The position numbers were made by a program, and so were the translations under genes. Of a stretch of 61,108 nt of DNA, positions 25,854 through 36,358 are shown in pieces. The notes beneath the pieces were generated by a model. The model saw only the letters and a list, made by a program, of their open reading frames with translations. It had not been told where the DNA came from and did no database searches. This DNA is from Seison nebaliae (Eukaryota), in contig JALJEE010000204.1 of the NCBI GenBank assembly GCA_023231475.1, positions 1 through 61,108 on the forward strand, given 5' to 3'. Each line of letters starts with the position of its first letter. The stretch's first letter is position 1.

Positions 25854-26139
25854 TAGTTTGGATTAGGAATAATAAAAATTAAAAAATTGCGCTCGGATTC
25901 TTTTCTTCTATCACTCTATATAAATTATTCATTCATTATATTTATATATCATGCTTATATTAGTCATACTAATTCAATTAGACCGTTATCTTAAACCGTT
26001 AACATGATAAATTATATAAATTGCACAATCAACAAATTTCAATTGCTTATTGAAAGATTTTGCCGTTATTTCTCAAAAAATTTTCTGTAAAAATTAATCG
26101 TCATTATTTTTCTGGAAGAAAAACAGTTTCTCAAATAAG

Positions 26140-27746
26140 ATGGCATTAGTTTCCGATACTCCTTATAATAAAGATCATGGAAATGATAATACTCTTCTGG
26201 CTAAGAGTGGAATATGTGACGAATCGATTTCAGAACAAATACCATTGATTAAAGCTAAAATGCATATAAAACATCAATATCTGAAATTGTTGAAGGAGGA
26301 ACGACCGAGATTGTTGAAAGAATTAACCTCGGAACAATCATCAATAAGACATCGAATTCAAGATGTTTATCGCACAAGAGGTTTCATTTGTTAATATCAA
26401 TATAAAATTAATTTGTTGAAGGGACATGTGTTGAAAGTCATATCATTCACGATCATCCATGTTATGTCGTTTATCAACGTCGTAAATTTATGTTGAAGAA
26501 TTTGAATAATACTCTAGAACGAAGAAGTAATTTGATAAATGCTAAGATCATGGAAAGGAAGAGTGAATTAGATGGTATATTGAAACGAATTCCACCCATT
26601 AATATTAAACTAGAAGAAGATCAAATTATTTCAAAAACACAAGAAAAATTAATGCAAATATCCATTTTAGATGTGAAATTCGAAACATCTCAACATATCA
26701 AGAGGAATTTGAAAGGAATTCTTGAAGTGTTAAAAGATGAAAATAAGTCCTTTCCCTTAATATATGAGGAGTTGAAAGAGAAACATGGAACGATAACACA
26801 CGAACTAAAAGAATATCATCGTGTACTTGATCGTGCTCTACAAGAAACATTTCGAATTCGTGCCGATATTCAAGCAGCCAATAAACAAAAATTGAATGTC
26901 TCCATATATTCAAAAGCCATTCACAACAATAAACATGTTTTAGCTCATCTTCTCCATTGGTTCCAAATACTCAACAAAGATCAACGGTCATCATCAGAGA
27001 ATTATTCGTTGGAGGAAGCCAAACAAGAATTCTTCCGACTTCCTATTAAAACTCCTGTTCACAAAAATTTCAACCGACCGTTTTTATATTCAGCTTTAAT
27101 ACGATGGAAGAATCAATCAGGTAAACACGCGAAAGCTTTCGAAATTATTACGAGAATGACAAAAGTGAAAAAGGAAGTAACTTTGAAATTATATCGAGAG
27201 GAATATGTTTTAACTAAAGTCATTTTAACTTCCATGAGTCTCCAACACCGATCCACCGACACGTTAGAAGATATATATGATCTCTGTACTAAATCGGAAG
27301 CCAATAAAAATTTGAAATTGAACAAGTTGATAGTTAAGAGGAAATTTAATCCGTTTGCCAGTTACTATCACTATCTTATCTTTTTGGGCATAATATCATG
27401 TAAAGTTGAGTTGTTTTATCGAACTCAATTAGGAAATGACGTTGAGAAACATCCGTTGCGTGAAGAAACATTATTGGATCATTTGGCAGTTACACAAATC
27501 GGTTATCGACTTCGAAAGAATCTCTACAATATGATGATTGCAAGTAGAGTAGCATCTTTCGGTGCGAAAACTAATGCTCAATTGGACGTTCTCATAAGGA
27601 TGAGACAAAAACAAAAATTGCAGTTAACTGGAGGATATTTAGCTGTGACAAATACAGATGGTCCATTTGATACGAACACGGAGAGTGAACAAGTTTTTAA
27701 TTTAACAAAATTAAAACAGAAAAAGAGCAAAAAAAATTCAAAATAA
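26140..27746 (+). CDS. Coiled-coil protein, possibly ODAD3/CCDC151-like (2 exons)
   Basis: ORFs 26140 and 26490 join through a GTTTCA..GAAG intron. Heptad-rich, with only weak resemblance to outer dynein arm docking proteins. Confidence 0.45.
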
Positions 27747-27910
27747 CATAAGTTCTTAGGAATTCTTATCAATTTGATAAGGTTGTATGAATCGAAAATT
27801 TTTTTCTTCTTTGTTCAAATTTTTTTTGATTATTCTCTTAATAAATTTTTTGTTTGGAATTAATCTGATAAAAATAGTTAGCTGTGTCTCAAAACCATTA
27901 TGTTTAGGAG

Positions 27911-28816
27911 ATGTCGTCCAATTTCTATGGAAAGTTAAGACATGTTAATTTGTTATCGATAATAACGAAATGTGTTTGTTTGGAGAAGGAGGGAACCATA
28001 ATTATTGTGAATCGTGGAATGAAATTGAAGAGTTCGATTAATGGTATAATGGAATGTAGTTGTTTTGTGGAAAGATGTTTATTTGATATTTATCGATATG
28101 AAGAGAAGATGGAATTTAATGTCAATCTAAAAACATTACATCATTTCTTGAAATTGATGTCGAAACAAATAAGAGAATCAGAAGATGAAAATAATTTTAT
28201 CGAATTGAAACTAATAAGAGATGACTGTTTCCTCTATTTAGATTATAATTCATCCGATTGTACACTGAGTGAAAAAATCGTTTTATTATCATCAAGAAAT
28301 AATGAAATTTTAAGAAATTATCCACTCACTTTCATTCCTTCTAATCGAACAATTACTCAACAATCAGTCATGGTCACTGTATTGCAACAGATGGAGAACA
28401 ACGAAAATAAATTAATTTTGGATAATATGATTTTCGGAAAAATTTGTCGTTTTTTGGCTTGCCATTTAACAAACTCGTCAACCATCCAAATAAGATTCGA
28501 TGCACAGTTAAATGAAGTTTCATTCGAATTAGAAAATAATTCTTATGAATATTCGGTTACAATAGACGGGAATGAGAATGGAATGAATCAAAATTTTATT
28601 CGAATGCGACGTTCGACAATCTTCTCATATCATGGGAAAAAGATTTCAATGTTGAAAAGATTCAATCCTTACGTCTCCCGATTGTCGATAAGACAAAATG
28701 TGATGGATGGAATTCTCATCTTTCAATATCTATTCAATGATCAATTGATGAGTGGACAATCGTTACAATCGGCATATATTCAATTATTCGTTCTACCAAT
28801 CAATAGTGACTTTTAA
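27911..28816 (+). CDS. RAD1: Rad1-like 9-1-1 checkpoint clamp subunit
   Basis: PCNA-like size (301 aa). The N-terminus FYGKLRHVNLLSIITKCV...GMKL...FVERCLFDIY..EFNVNL and the C-terminus SRLSIR..GILIFQY..YIQLFVLP follow the Rad1 pattern. Confidence 0.75.
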   Translation: MSSNFYGKLRHVNLLSIITKCVCLEKEGTIIIVNRGMKLKSSINGIMECSCFVERCLFDIYRYEEKMEFNVNLKTLHHFLKLMSKQIRESEDENNFIELKLIRDDCFLYLDYNSSDCTLSEKIVLLSSRNNEILRNYPLTFIPSNRTITQQSVMVTVLQQMENNENKLILDNMIFGKICRFLACHLTNSSTIQIRFDAQLNEVSFELENNSYEYSVTIDGNENGMNQNFIRMRRSTIFSYHGKKISMLKRFNPYVSRLSIRQNVMDGILIFQYLFNDQLMSGQSLQSAYIQLFVLPINSDF

Positions 28817-29140
28817 CGTTAAAATTAAAACGTTAATTCAATTACATCTCTCATTAGTTGATTAGAATTAAATTCAGTTTTGTAATTTTACAGAGAATTT
28901 TCTCTCATCGTTATAACTGATTTATATTTGATTTATTTTTAACTAGAAACAAATCGAAGTAGAAATAATATCAAATTTAAGATCAAATGAATAATTAAGA
29001 AGATATACTTAATGATGAAATAATATTCAATTAATATCACATCAAATCTTATAATTGGGTGTGTATTATATGGAATGACAACTTTCTTCTCCATAACTTT
29101 TATAGTCAATCCAATCACTAAATCAGGTTGAAAAAGAAAT

Positions 29141-29431
29141 ATGAAATTTAATATAATCCTCTTATTCTCTATAATTCTCCACATCTCAATTATTCCTTCA
29201 TCCAATTCCTACGTCATTGGCACTTTGTACAATACAGCCACTAGTGTAGCACAAACAGGCTTATCATATGTTCCCGAAATAGTAATGGGCGTTACTGAAT
29301 ATTTTAAGCCAAAAGAAGAGAATCTGAGAGAATATCGACCAGAGGACGACGCAGAAGCGATGGAACATCTTGAACAATCGATAGACGAAATGCATAAAGT
29401 AAATCACGAAAAATGGAACAGTCGTCGCTGA
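29141..29431 (+). CDS. Small secreted protein of unknown function
   Basis: 96-aa ORF with a signal-peptide-like start (MKFNIILLFSIILHISIIPSSNS) and a charged C-terminus. Confidence 0.55.
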   Translation: MKFNIILLFSIILHISIIPSSNSYVIGTLYNTATSVAQTGLSYVPEIVMGVTEYFKPKEENLREYRPEDDAEAMEHLEQSIDEMHKVNHEKWNSRR

Positions 29432-29580
29432 ATTATGAGAATTATGAACAGAATTTCATATTTGATTTTATTTCATTCATATTCTTATAATCATATTTCT
29501 TTTCTCTCATAGTAAAAAATATTTCGAAAAGAATTCTCATTTACACTATCTTTTATTAACGTTAAACCTTTCTTTATAAG

Positions 29581-29600
29581 AGAGAGAGAGAGAGAGAGAG
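29581..29600. repeat. (AG)n microsatellite
   Basis: About 10 AG units. Similar short tracts at 3721 (CA), 6487 (TA), 7615 (CT), 18167 (TGAA) and 53731 (AAT). Confidence 0.85.
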
Positions 29601-29694
29601 AATTGATGAAATCGAAGTTGATCAAAGAATAAATAAATAAAGCCACGATTCAAATGAGAGGTTGACGTAAAGGTCAAACGAAATAATATAAAAC

Positions 29695-29702
29695 TGACGT
29701 CA
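29695..29702. promoter_or_regulatory. Palindromic CRE (TGACGTCA) upstream of eIF5A
   Basis: Exact match about 350 nt upstream of the ATG, with a half site TGACGTAA near 29663. Confidence 0.35.
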
Positions 29703-30050
29703 TATTATATGAGCTTATAATTGGAAATTGAGAAATTTGATTGTGAAATATTTGTTTGAGCGTTGTGGAAACGTGTCGTCTGAATATGCAACGATGAAGA
29801 AAGAAAAAATACTCGTGTTAAATTGAATAATATTTGTTGAATTCATATCTATTCATTCTAAATATTTTCACGAGTTTCCAATTTTCTCTCAAACTTTTCT
29901 CTCGTAAATTCACAGGCATTTCTTTCACATTTCTCCTGTCCATCTAACTTCTATCTTTTTTTATCTCTTGTCTTTATCAGATCTTGAGTTCGTGTTCCCA
30001 CTCCCTTACTGTTTTCTTCATTTTATATCTTTCTCGTAACACCACCAACA

Positions 30051-30521
30051 ATGAGTGATGATGAACAACATGATTTCGGACAAGTAGATGCTGGAGCGTC
30101 GAAAACTTATCCGCAACAATGTTCAGCTCTTAGAAAGAATGGTCATGTTGTCATTAAAGATCGTCCATGTAAAATTGTAGAGATGACGACATCGAAAACG
30201 GGAAAGCACGGACATGCAAAAGTTCATTTGGTTGCACTCGATATCTTTACTGGACGTAAACATGAAGATATTTGTCCATCTACTCATAATATGAATGTGC
30301 CAAATGTCTCGCGTACAGAATTGCAATTGATCAATATAACAGACGATGGATTCTGTTCTCTAATGTTAGACAATGGTGATACTCGTGAAGATATTAAATT
30401 GCCAAAGAATGAATTAGGTGATGAAATTCAAACAAAGTTCGATAAAGATGAATCTTTCGCTTGCGTTGTTCTAAGTGCGATGGATGAAGAACAAATTGTT
30501 GGAATAAAACCATTGAAATAA
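30051..30521 (+). CDS. EIF5A: Translation factor eIF5A
   Basis: Hypusine motif [12 protein letters not shown] and CPSTHNM; intronless. Confidence 0.97.
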   Translation: MSDDEQHDFGQVDAGASKTYPQQCSALRKNGHVVIKDRPCKIVEMTTSKTGKHGHAKVHLVALDIFTGRKHEDICPSTHNMNVPNVSRTELQLINITDDGFCSLMLDNGDTREDIKLPKNELGDEIQTKFDKDESFACVVLSAMDEEQIVGIKPLK

Positions 30522-30672
30522 TTGTCGAATCAATAAAAATAAAGAGTTCCATTGAAGAGATTGAATATTTGGACGAAATGATTTATTGATTTTAAAAGAA
30601 AAATAAATAATTTCATAATTTCCATAAAATTTTATGTTTTTTTCCCTTCTTTCAAAGAAAGTAAATTGATTA

Positions 30673-31827
30673 TCATAATTTCCGTTTTATTTCTATTTTC
30701 GTGTTAACTGGTTGAACGATTGGTTGTTTCGTCTCACGATAAAGTAAATGGAAATGTTTCTTATAAGTCTGAATCATTTCACCTAAATCTTTCCAATGAA
30801 TTATTCTCATTTCCGGATAAATTTTTATTGGCGGCAAATGAAGAAAATTTGGTTGACTCTCCATGTCTGATGTGTCGTCAGCGATGAAAGAGATCGAATG
30901 TAATTTCTCATGATCTTTAACATTCTTTATTGTTTTCGGAGGCATCGGTTCACCACGCCAATACTCACGAAAACACAATAAACTTCCGATGATGAGGGAC
31001 ATGACACACATTGTTCCACCAATTACGAGCGATTCCTTCTGAATTAGAATTGGATCAAAATAAACGGAAGCTTTAAACAAATGTTTCGCTGAATAATTAT
31101 TAATTATGTGACTTGTATATTGTTGACGTGAGAGATCGGATTCATTATTATAGAACATTAAATCGTTCATTTGATCGTTGGTGAGTAGCCAACATCCGAT
31201 ACGTGGAAGGAATTGAGAGAAAGAAGAATTAATTTCTTGGAAGAAATATGAATTTAATCCTGATTCTATTACTCCTCTGATATTGTTCACAAATAAATGA
31301 GATCGATAAACAACATCATTATGTTCATAACGAACATATTGTTGAGCATAAATGAAATGATTCGTTTCTGATTTTAATCGACGATCAGATGTGAAAATCG
31401 TTAATTTAACTGCATTTCCAATATTCAATGGTGTCGTATCTGAAGTGAATGGACAACTGTTCGATCGAGACGTACTAAATGGACGAACAATTTTCATACT
31501 GGGTACACCATGTGTTTGAGTGTATAATGGAGGAATGAGCCATCCATAAATACCTAACGACCAAACGATTAAAGGATCACTCGCAATATGATCCACTAAA
31601 TGAATCAGTTTTTTAGTTCTCGGTCTCTTGTATGTACATTGAATGGGGAAGTGGTTCGTTTGCGCTAACAAACTCTCATCATCCACATTATTAACTTTCT
31701 CTAAATCGAGAAATGAGTTGGGGAATGTTGTGTAACTTTCATCGCTTGTCGGACAATCGCCCAATGGAAGAATGAGACGGATTAAATCAAATAAAATGAT
31801 GATCAATCGAAATAAGAGAAAATTCAT
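30673..31827 (-). CDS. Type I membrane protein of unknown function
   Basis: Hydrophobic leader from ATG 31827 and a single TM (LVIGGTMCVMSLIIGSLLCF) near the C-terminus. Confidence 0.6.
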   Translation of the reverse strand: MNFLLFRLIIILFDLIRLILPLGDCPTSDESYTTFPNSFLDLEKVNNVDDESLLAQTNHFPIQCTYKRPRTKKLIHLVDHIASDPLIVWSLGIYGWLIPPLYTQTHGVPSMKIVRPFSTSRSNSCPFTSDTTPLNIGNAVKLTIFTSDRRLKSETNHFIYAQQYVRYEHNDVVYRSHLFVNNIRGVIESGLNSYFFQEINSSFSQFLPRIGCWLLTNDQMNDLMFYNNESDLSRQQYTSHIINNYSAKHLFKASVYFDPILIQKESLVIGGTMCVMSLIIGSLLCFREYWRGEPMPPKTIKNVKDHEKLHSISFIADDTSDMESQPNFLHLPPIKIYPEMRIIHWKDLGEMIQTYKKHFHLLYRETKQPIVQPVNTKIEIKRKL

Positions 31828-31903
31828 TGAACTTTTGACTGAAATCAAAAATAAAAATATTTCATTTTTCTTTCAATAATATTCTGAGTGAAAAATAATA
31901 ATT

Positions 31904-33985
31904 TTATTCGATTATAATATTTTCAGGGTTTGGAGGCGGTCTCAAATATTCTGCATCTTCTCCAAATAATTCGTGAAATTTTCTCTTTGCTTCATTCAAT
32001 GTTGATTGACAATCATACATCTCCGACGAACAGGAATTATTAACCGTTGAGATGGACGGACCACGTGTCAAATGTAAACCCGTAATCAATTTCCTTCTAT
32101 CTTCTTCAATAGCCGGCATTACTTGTTCGAAGAGACATTCAAATAGAATTTCATCTGATTACAGATGATGAATTCACAAATGATAATAAAATAGATAAAC
32201 ACCTTTAAAATATGTTTCTATGATGAAACGGAAAATTGTGTAATAATCGAAATTCTCTTTTTTCTTTTTCTCAGTCGTCAAATAACAGGTTCCTAAACAA
32301 ATCAATTTTTTATGATCAATTAATTTCTATCAATATCTAACGATAATGATTTGGAGAACAAGATGAGGCAGATGATAAATCCATCCAAGTAACGACCACA
32401 TCAGATGGAAATGATTCATTAAAACTATTCGCACAACAACGGAGAAGTGTCATACTATCACTATTCAATTCGAGTTGATTTGTTTTCAATTTCTCGAAAC
32501 AAGTCACTTCACTTTTATATACGATTATACATTTCACTAATTCTTCTTTCTCTCGTCTATAAGAAATATGTTGAGAGAATTGTAAAAGACAATTGGATGA
32601 ACTTTAATAGGAATTTCCTATTAAACTTATTTGAATATTCTTCTCCGATTATTAAATTTTCACATTTAATTTGCTTTAGTCCTTCAATGTCATTGTCGAA
32701 TTCGACACATTTAACACGACGACTTGAGAAAGAATGATGAGATTTTTAGAGAGATAATTGAAAAAACTTTTCCGTTATATATCGATCTGGTTGAGCGTTC
32801 AAGTAATGAATTCCACCAAAGACTGCACAAAGTCTAAAATTGATATTAATTAAGAATTGAGATGAATGAAAGAATTGAACCGACTAAAGAATTGAGGTAT
32901 ATCACCCAGACCGTGTAAGGGGAAGAGAATGGAACCATTTCCATAAATTCCAATCGATCGGAAAAACATTCGAACTGAATTTAATGCATTTCTCGTTAGA
33001 CAATTCTTCTCGCACATACCAATCAGATAAAGAATACCGTTCGATAATTGTTCACCGAATCCTCGAGATTTCAAAAATTGTTCGAATGGTAAATTCTTAT
33101 ATTCTGTTAAGAAAAAAGTGAAAGAGAAAAAGAGATGTTATAGTAAAGAGGAACCGATATACAATTCATGATGACCATTCGTCGCTTCTTCCAAATCCAT
33201 TATCTCATTCTCATACATCATACTGATGAATTGCATAAGTCGTCTTTTTTCGAGGAGACTAATTGTTTTCGATTTGAAGACATCTCCTTTGCTATAAGGA
33301 ATCTGGAAAGGAAATGATTTGGTAAACGAAATGATTTCAACTTTTTCCAATGACGATGTTGGTGATAGAGAGAGTAGTTGATCGATTAAACGATATTCTC
33401 CATATTTCGATACACCGCTTTGAAGGAGTAGATTTATCAACTCACCATTACAATATAAGAGTTTGTGACCAGAAGTAAAAAGATCGAATGAAAACCGTTT
33501 CTTCAATCTCATTAATTCTATTTGATCCTCATCATCTTCTCTAATGTCAATGGATTTTATTGACGAATAAGAAAAAGTGAAAAAATAAACTCTCTATGAA
33601 ATTTATATTGGACATTTCGAATATATTTGGAGAAGTTCACATCTAAAATATCATTCTCCTTAAACTCCAAAAAGTTATTTGTTTTTCAAAAATTATTTGA
33701 AGAACTTGTTTATGTTTGTCAGGTGACATCGCTTCACTTTGCAACTCATCAACAAATAACAATAATTCGTCTAAACTAAAACTAGTCCATAATCCTCCAT
33801 ATAATTTATTCCTAAACGAAAATATTTAGTTATTTGGAGAGAAAAGAATGAAAGAATAACTTACTCAAATGGAGAACAGACTTCCCAATTCTGGCGGCCG
33901 CAGCACCAATAATGGCTTCCGTTAATCCCGTTCCGATTATGATCAAATCGAAATAATCAGGTAATGTTCCTTCAGAATTCGACAT
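31904..33985 (-). CDS. CHM: Rab escort protein (REP/CHM, GDI superfamily), 10 exons
   Basis: LPDYFDLIIIGTGLTEAII.AAAARIGKSVLHL..N.LYGG, SGVSKYGEY, IPYSKGDVF..LLEKRRLMQF, LFPLHGLGDIPQFFSRLCAVFGG and C-terminal PPPNPENII. Confidence 0.9.
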
Positions 33986-34030
33986 TATTTCTAAGTGGAG
34001 ATGAGAATCTGAGAAGAAAAGTTGACAATT

Positions 34031-34846
34031 TTATTTTAAATTTTTAATAATTTTTGTTTGTTGAAAGGAAGAAAGAATATAAAGATAAATGGAGGATACT
34101 TTGGTAATTAGATCATAATATTGAATAGTATGATACCATTCAACTTCACCCCATTGTTTCGTTTGAAACATTTGTTCCAATAATGATGATTCGACAATAT
34201 GTTCGACGGATAAATCTTTTTGTAAAATGAGAGAAAGAGATAATAATAAAGATTTCAATGTTTCAGTTAATAAGAGAATTGCATGAATTATCTCTCGACT
34301 ATTTGAAAAAAGGAAATTTTTGATCATTTCATTATCTCTTTCACTCACCGATGATTTAACAGTGAGAATGTTTAATGGAGAATTCTTCTGATAATATGGA
34401 AGTGATAATCCTAATTCCCTATTAATCAAATTAATCGGTCCATGCCATAACCGTTGTTGTTGTTCTTTAAACGAATCAGAATCATTCTCATTCCCATAAA
34501 GAATCGTATCCGTTTCCAGATAATTTAAACATATTTCAATCAAATCTTCTTTCTCCAAATTCAAAGGATTCATTTGAATTTGTTGACATATTTGAGTCAT
34601 AGGCATTTGAGATGGATTGAAGATCGGTCGTTGCACTTGCCATTCCATTGCCACTGCACTAGCAATTGTTCGATTTGTTAATGAAAATAATTTTCCATTA
34701 GGTAATTTCATTCGCTTCTTATTAATTTTTATATGGAAAAATAAATCTCTTTCTTCTATCTCAACATTCTCATAAATTCTCTTACGAGTATTTGAAGAGA
34801 TTAATCTGATTTGTCGTGGACAAATCTTTTGTATTTGACTCCACAT
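34031..34846 (-). CDS. ATPAF2: ATP synthase F1 assembly factor 2 (ATP12)
   Basis: KRIYENV, AVAMEWQ, MPMTQ, YLETDTIL and LEQMFQTKQWGEVEWYH. Confidence 0.9.
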   Translation of the reverse strand: MWSQIQKICPRQIRLISSNTRKRIYENVEIEERDLFFHIKINKKRMKLPNGKLFSLTNRTIASAVAMEWQVQRPIFNPSQMPMTQICQQIQMNPLNLEKEDLIEICLNYLETDTILYGNENDSDSFKEQQQRLWHGPINLINRELGLSLPYYQKNSPLNILTVKSSVSERDNEMIKNFLFSNSREIIHAILLLTETLKSLLLSLSLILQKDLSVEHIVESSLLEQMFQTKQWGEVEWYHTIQYYDLITKVSSIYLYILSSFQQTKIIKNLK

Positions 34847-35195
34847 TCTTTTTATCACAAATTCGTAATTCTTTTTAATTATTCTTTTTGAAAAAGACTC
34901 AATTTTGAATATGAATAAAATAAATTCTTCTATCAATCACACCTTCATCCAATATTTGTCATTCGTCTAAAAATGTCTACAAGTTCTCATATTCTATTTA
35001 TAATATATTATTTCCAAATGAGTATAATATATGTATGAGGAAAAATAGTTCTCTCAATTAATCCAATTATTTCAACAATCTCTGGGACTTTTTCCATTTT
35101 TAGACTCATTTTAGAATGAAAGTTAAAATAATAATTATAATAATAATAACTGAGGTGAATGAAATTAGAATAATAATTATAAGAAAGATATTATG

Positions 35196-36137
35196 TTAAT
35201 ATGAGGCAGGTGATTCAGATGAAGAGGTATCGCTAGCATGTACTTTCGTCACTTTTCGATTCATTTCGTCATTAATATGAATATGAATATCATTTGCTCG
35301 ATCTTCTATTGTTTCTGGATCGATGATTGTTGTCCGAACAGTGGGACGTGAAGAATTATCGTGATAACTATTCTTTTTCGCTTTAATACGAATAGATGGC
35401 GAGGAAGAATGTGAATAAGAACGTATTCTATGATGATTTGGTGCATTAATCACGGAATTATATCGCCAATTATCATTATGGTTGATCGGTATTCCAGTAC
35501 CACAACCCTCATATACCGGAACATGATGAAACCAGTTATCATTAGCTGCCAATTTCAATAATGCTTGATCCATCAAATCTCTTCTCAAAAAACTATAATC
35601 ATATTGTGGATAATTAAACGAGGTAGATTGATTAGTACAACAACAGCAATTTGATATTGGTAGTTCTCTGGTAGAATAGGATCTGGTAGGAGGTAATCTT
35701 CTTTTTCGACATTTTCGTCGATGATATTTTCTTGGATGATCATCATAATCGTCAGGATTACTTCCATATTTAGTACGATAATGATTATGTCTCTCCACCA
35801 TATCCTTCTGCCATTGTGCCACCGGATGTTTCATGTGACAATAAGTATCTTCTTTCCATTTCTTTAGAACATTATAACCATCTGGATCATTCAATAGATC
35901 CACTTCTCCTGCAAATACAATTTCTTCTGGTCTTTCTTGTTCATAAGGTTTTGTAGGGAATTGTTGCATGTTTGTGGGACCATTCGTTGGCTGATAGGAT
36001 GGATGGTTGATATTATAAGAATTAGGAAAATTAGGATTTCCTGTATCGGGTAATTCATCTTTATCTGAATATTCATCGAAAAGTTATAAGGGAAATTAAT
36101 AAATAAATTCGTAACTTCTTGAGAATATTTTACCCAT
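35196..36137 (-). CDS. Uncharacterised protein with a probable N-myristoylation start (2 exons)
   Basis: A short first exon ATG GGT AAA ATA TTC TCA AGA splices through GTTACG..TTCAG in frame with ORF 35196-35969, giving MGKIFSRNKDELP... Contains an RKYHRRKCRKRR basic patch and a CCCC cluster. Confidence 0.55.
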
Positions 36138-36244
36138 TTCGATTGAATAAGAATTAAATCGAATTAGAAGCAATGTAACATTGTTTTTTAAGTGAAACTT
36201 CTCTTATGTTTGATAAATAATTTGGGAATATCTTATGTTATATG

Positions 36245-36252
36245 TGACGTCA
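36245..36252. promoter_or_regulatory. CRE (TGACGTCA) in a 221-nt divergent promoter, with TATATAAA near 36292
   Basis: Exact palindrome between ATGs at 36137 (-) and 36359 (+). Confidence 0.35.
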
Positions 36253-36358
36253 TCATTTTGAAGGTTACTAATAAGATATTACCTTCGACATATATAAATA
36301 TCGTTCTTTGACAAAAACATTTCTACATTTTATTTATTTAATTTAAATTTTTTTTTTC

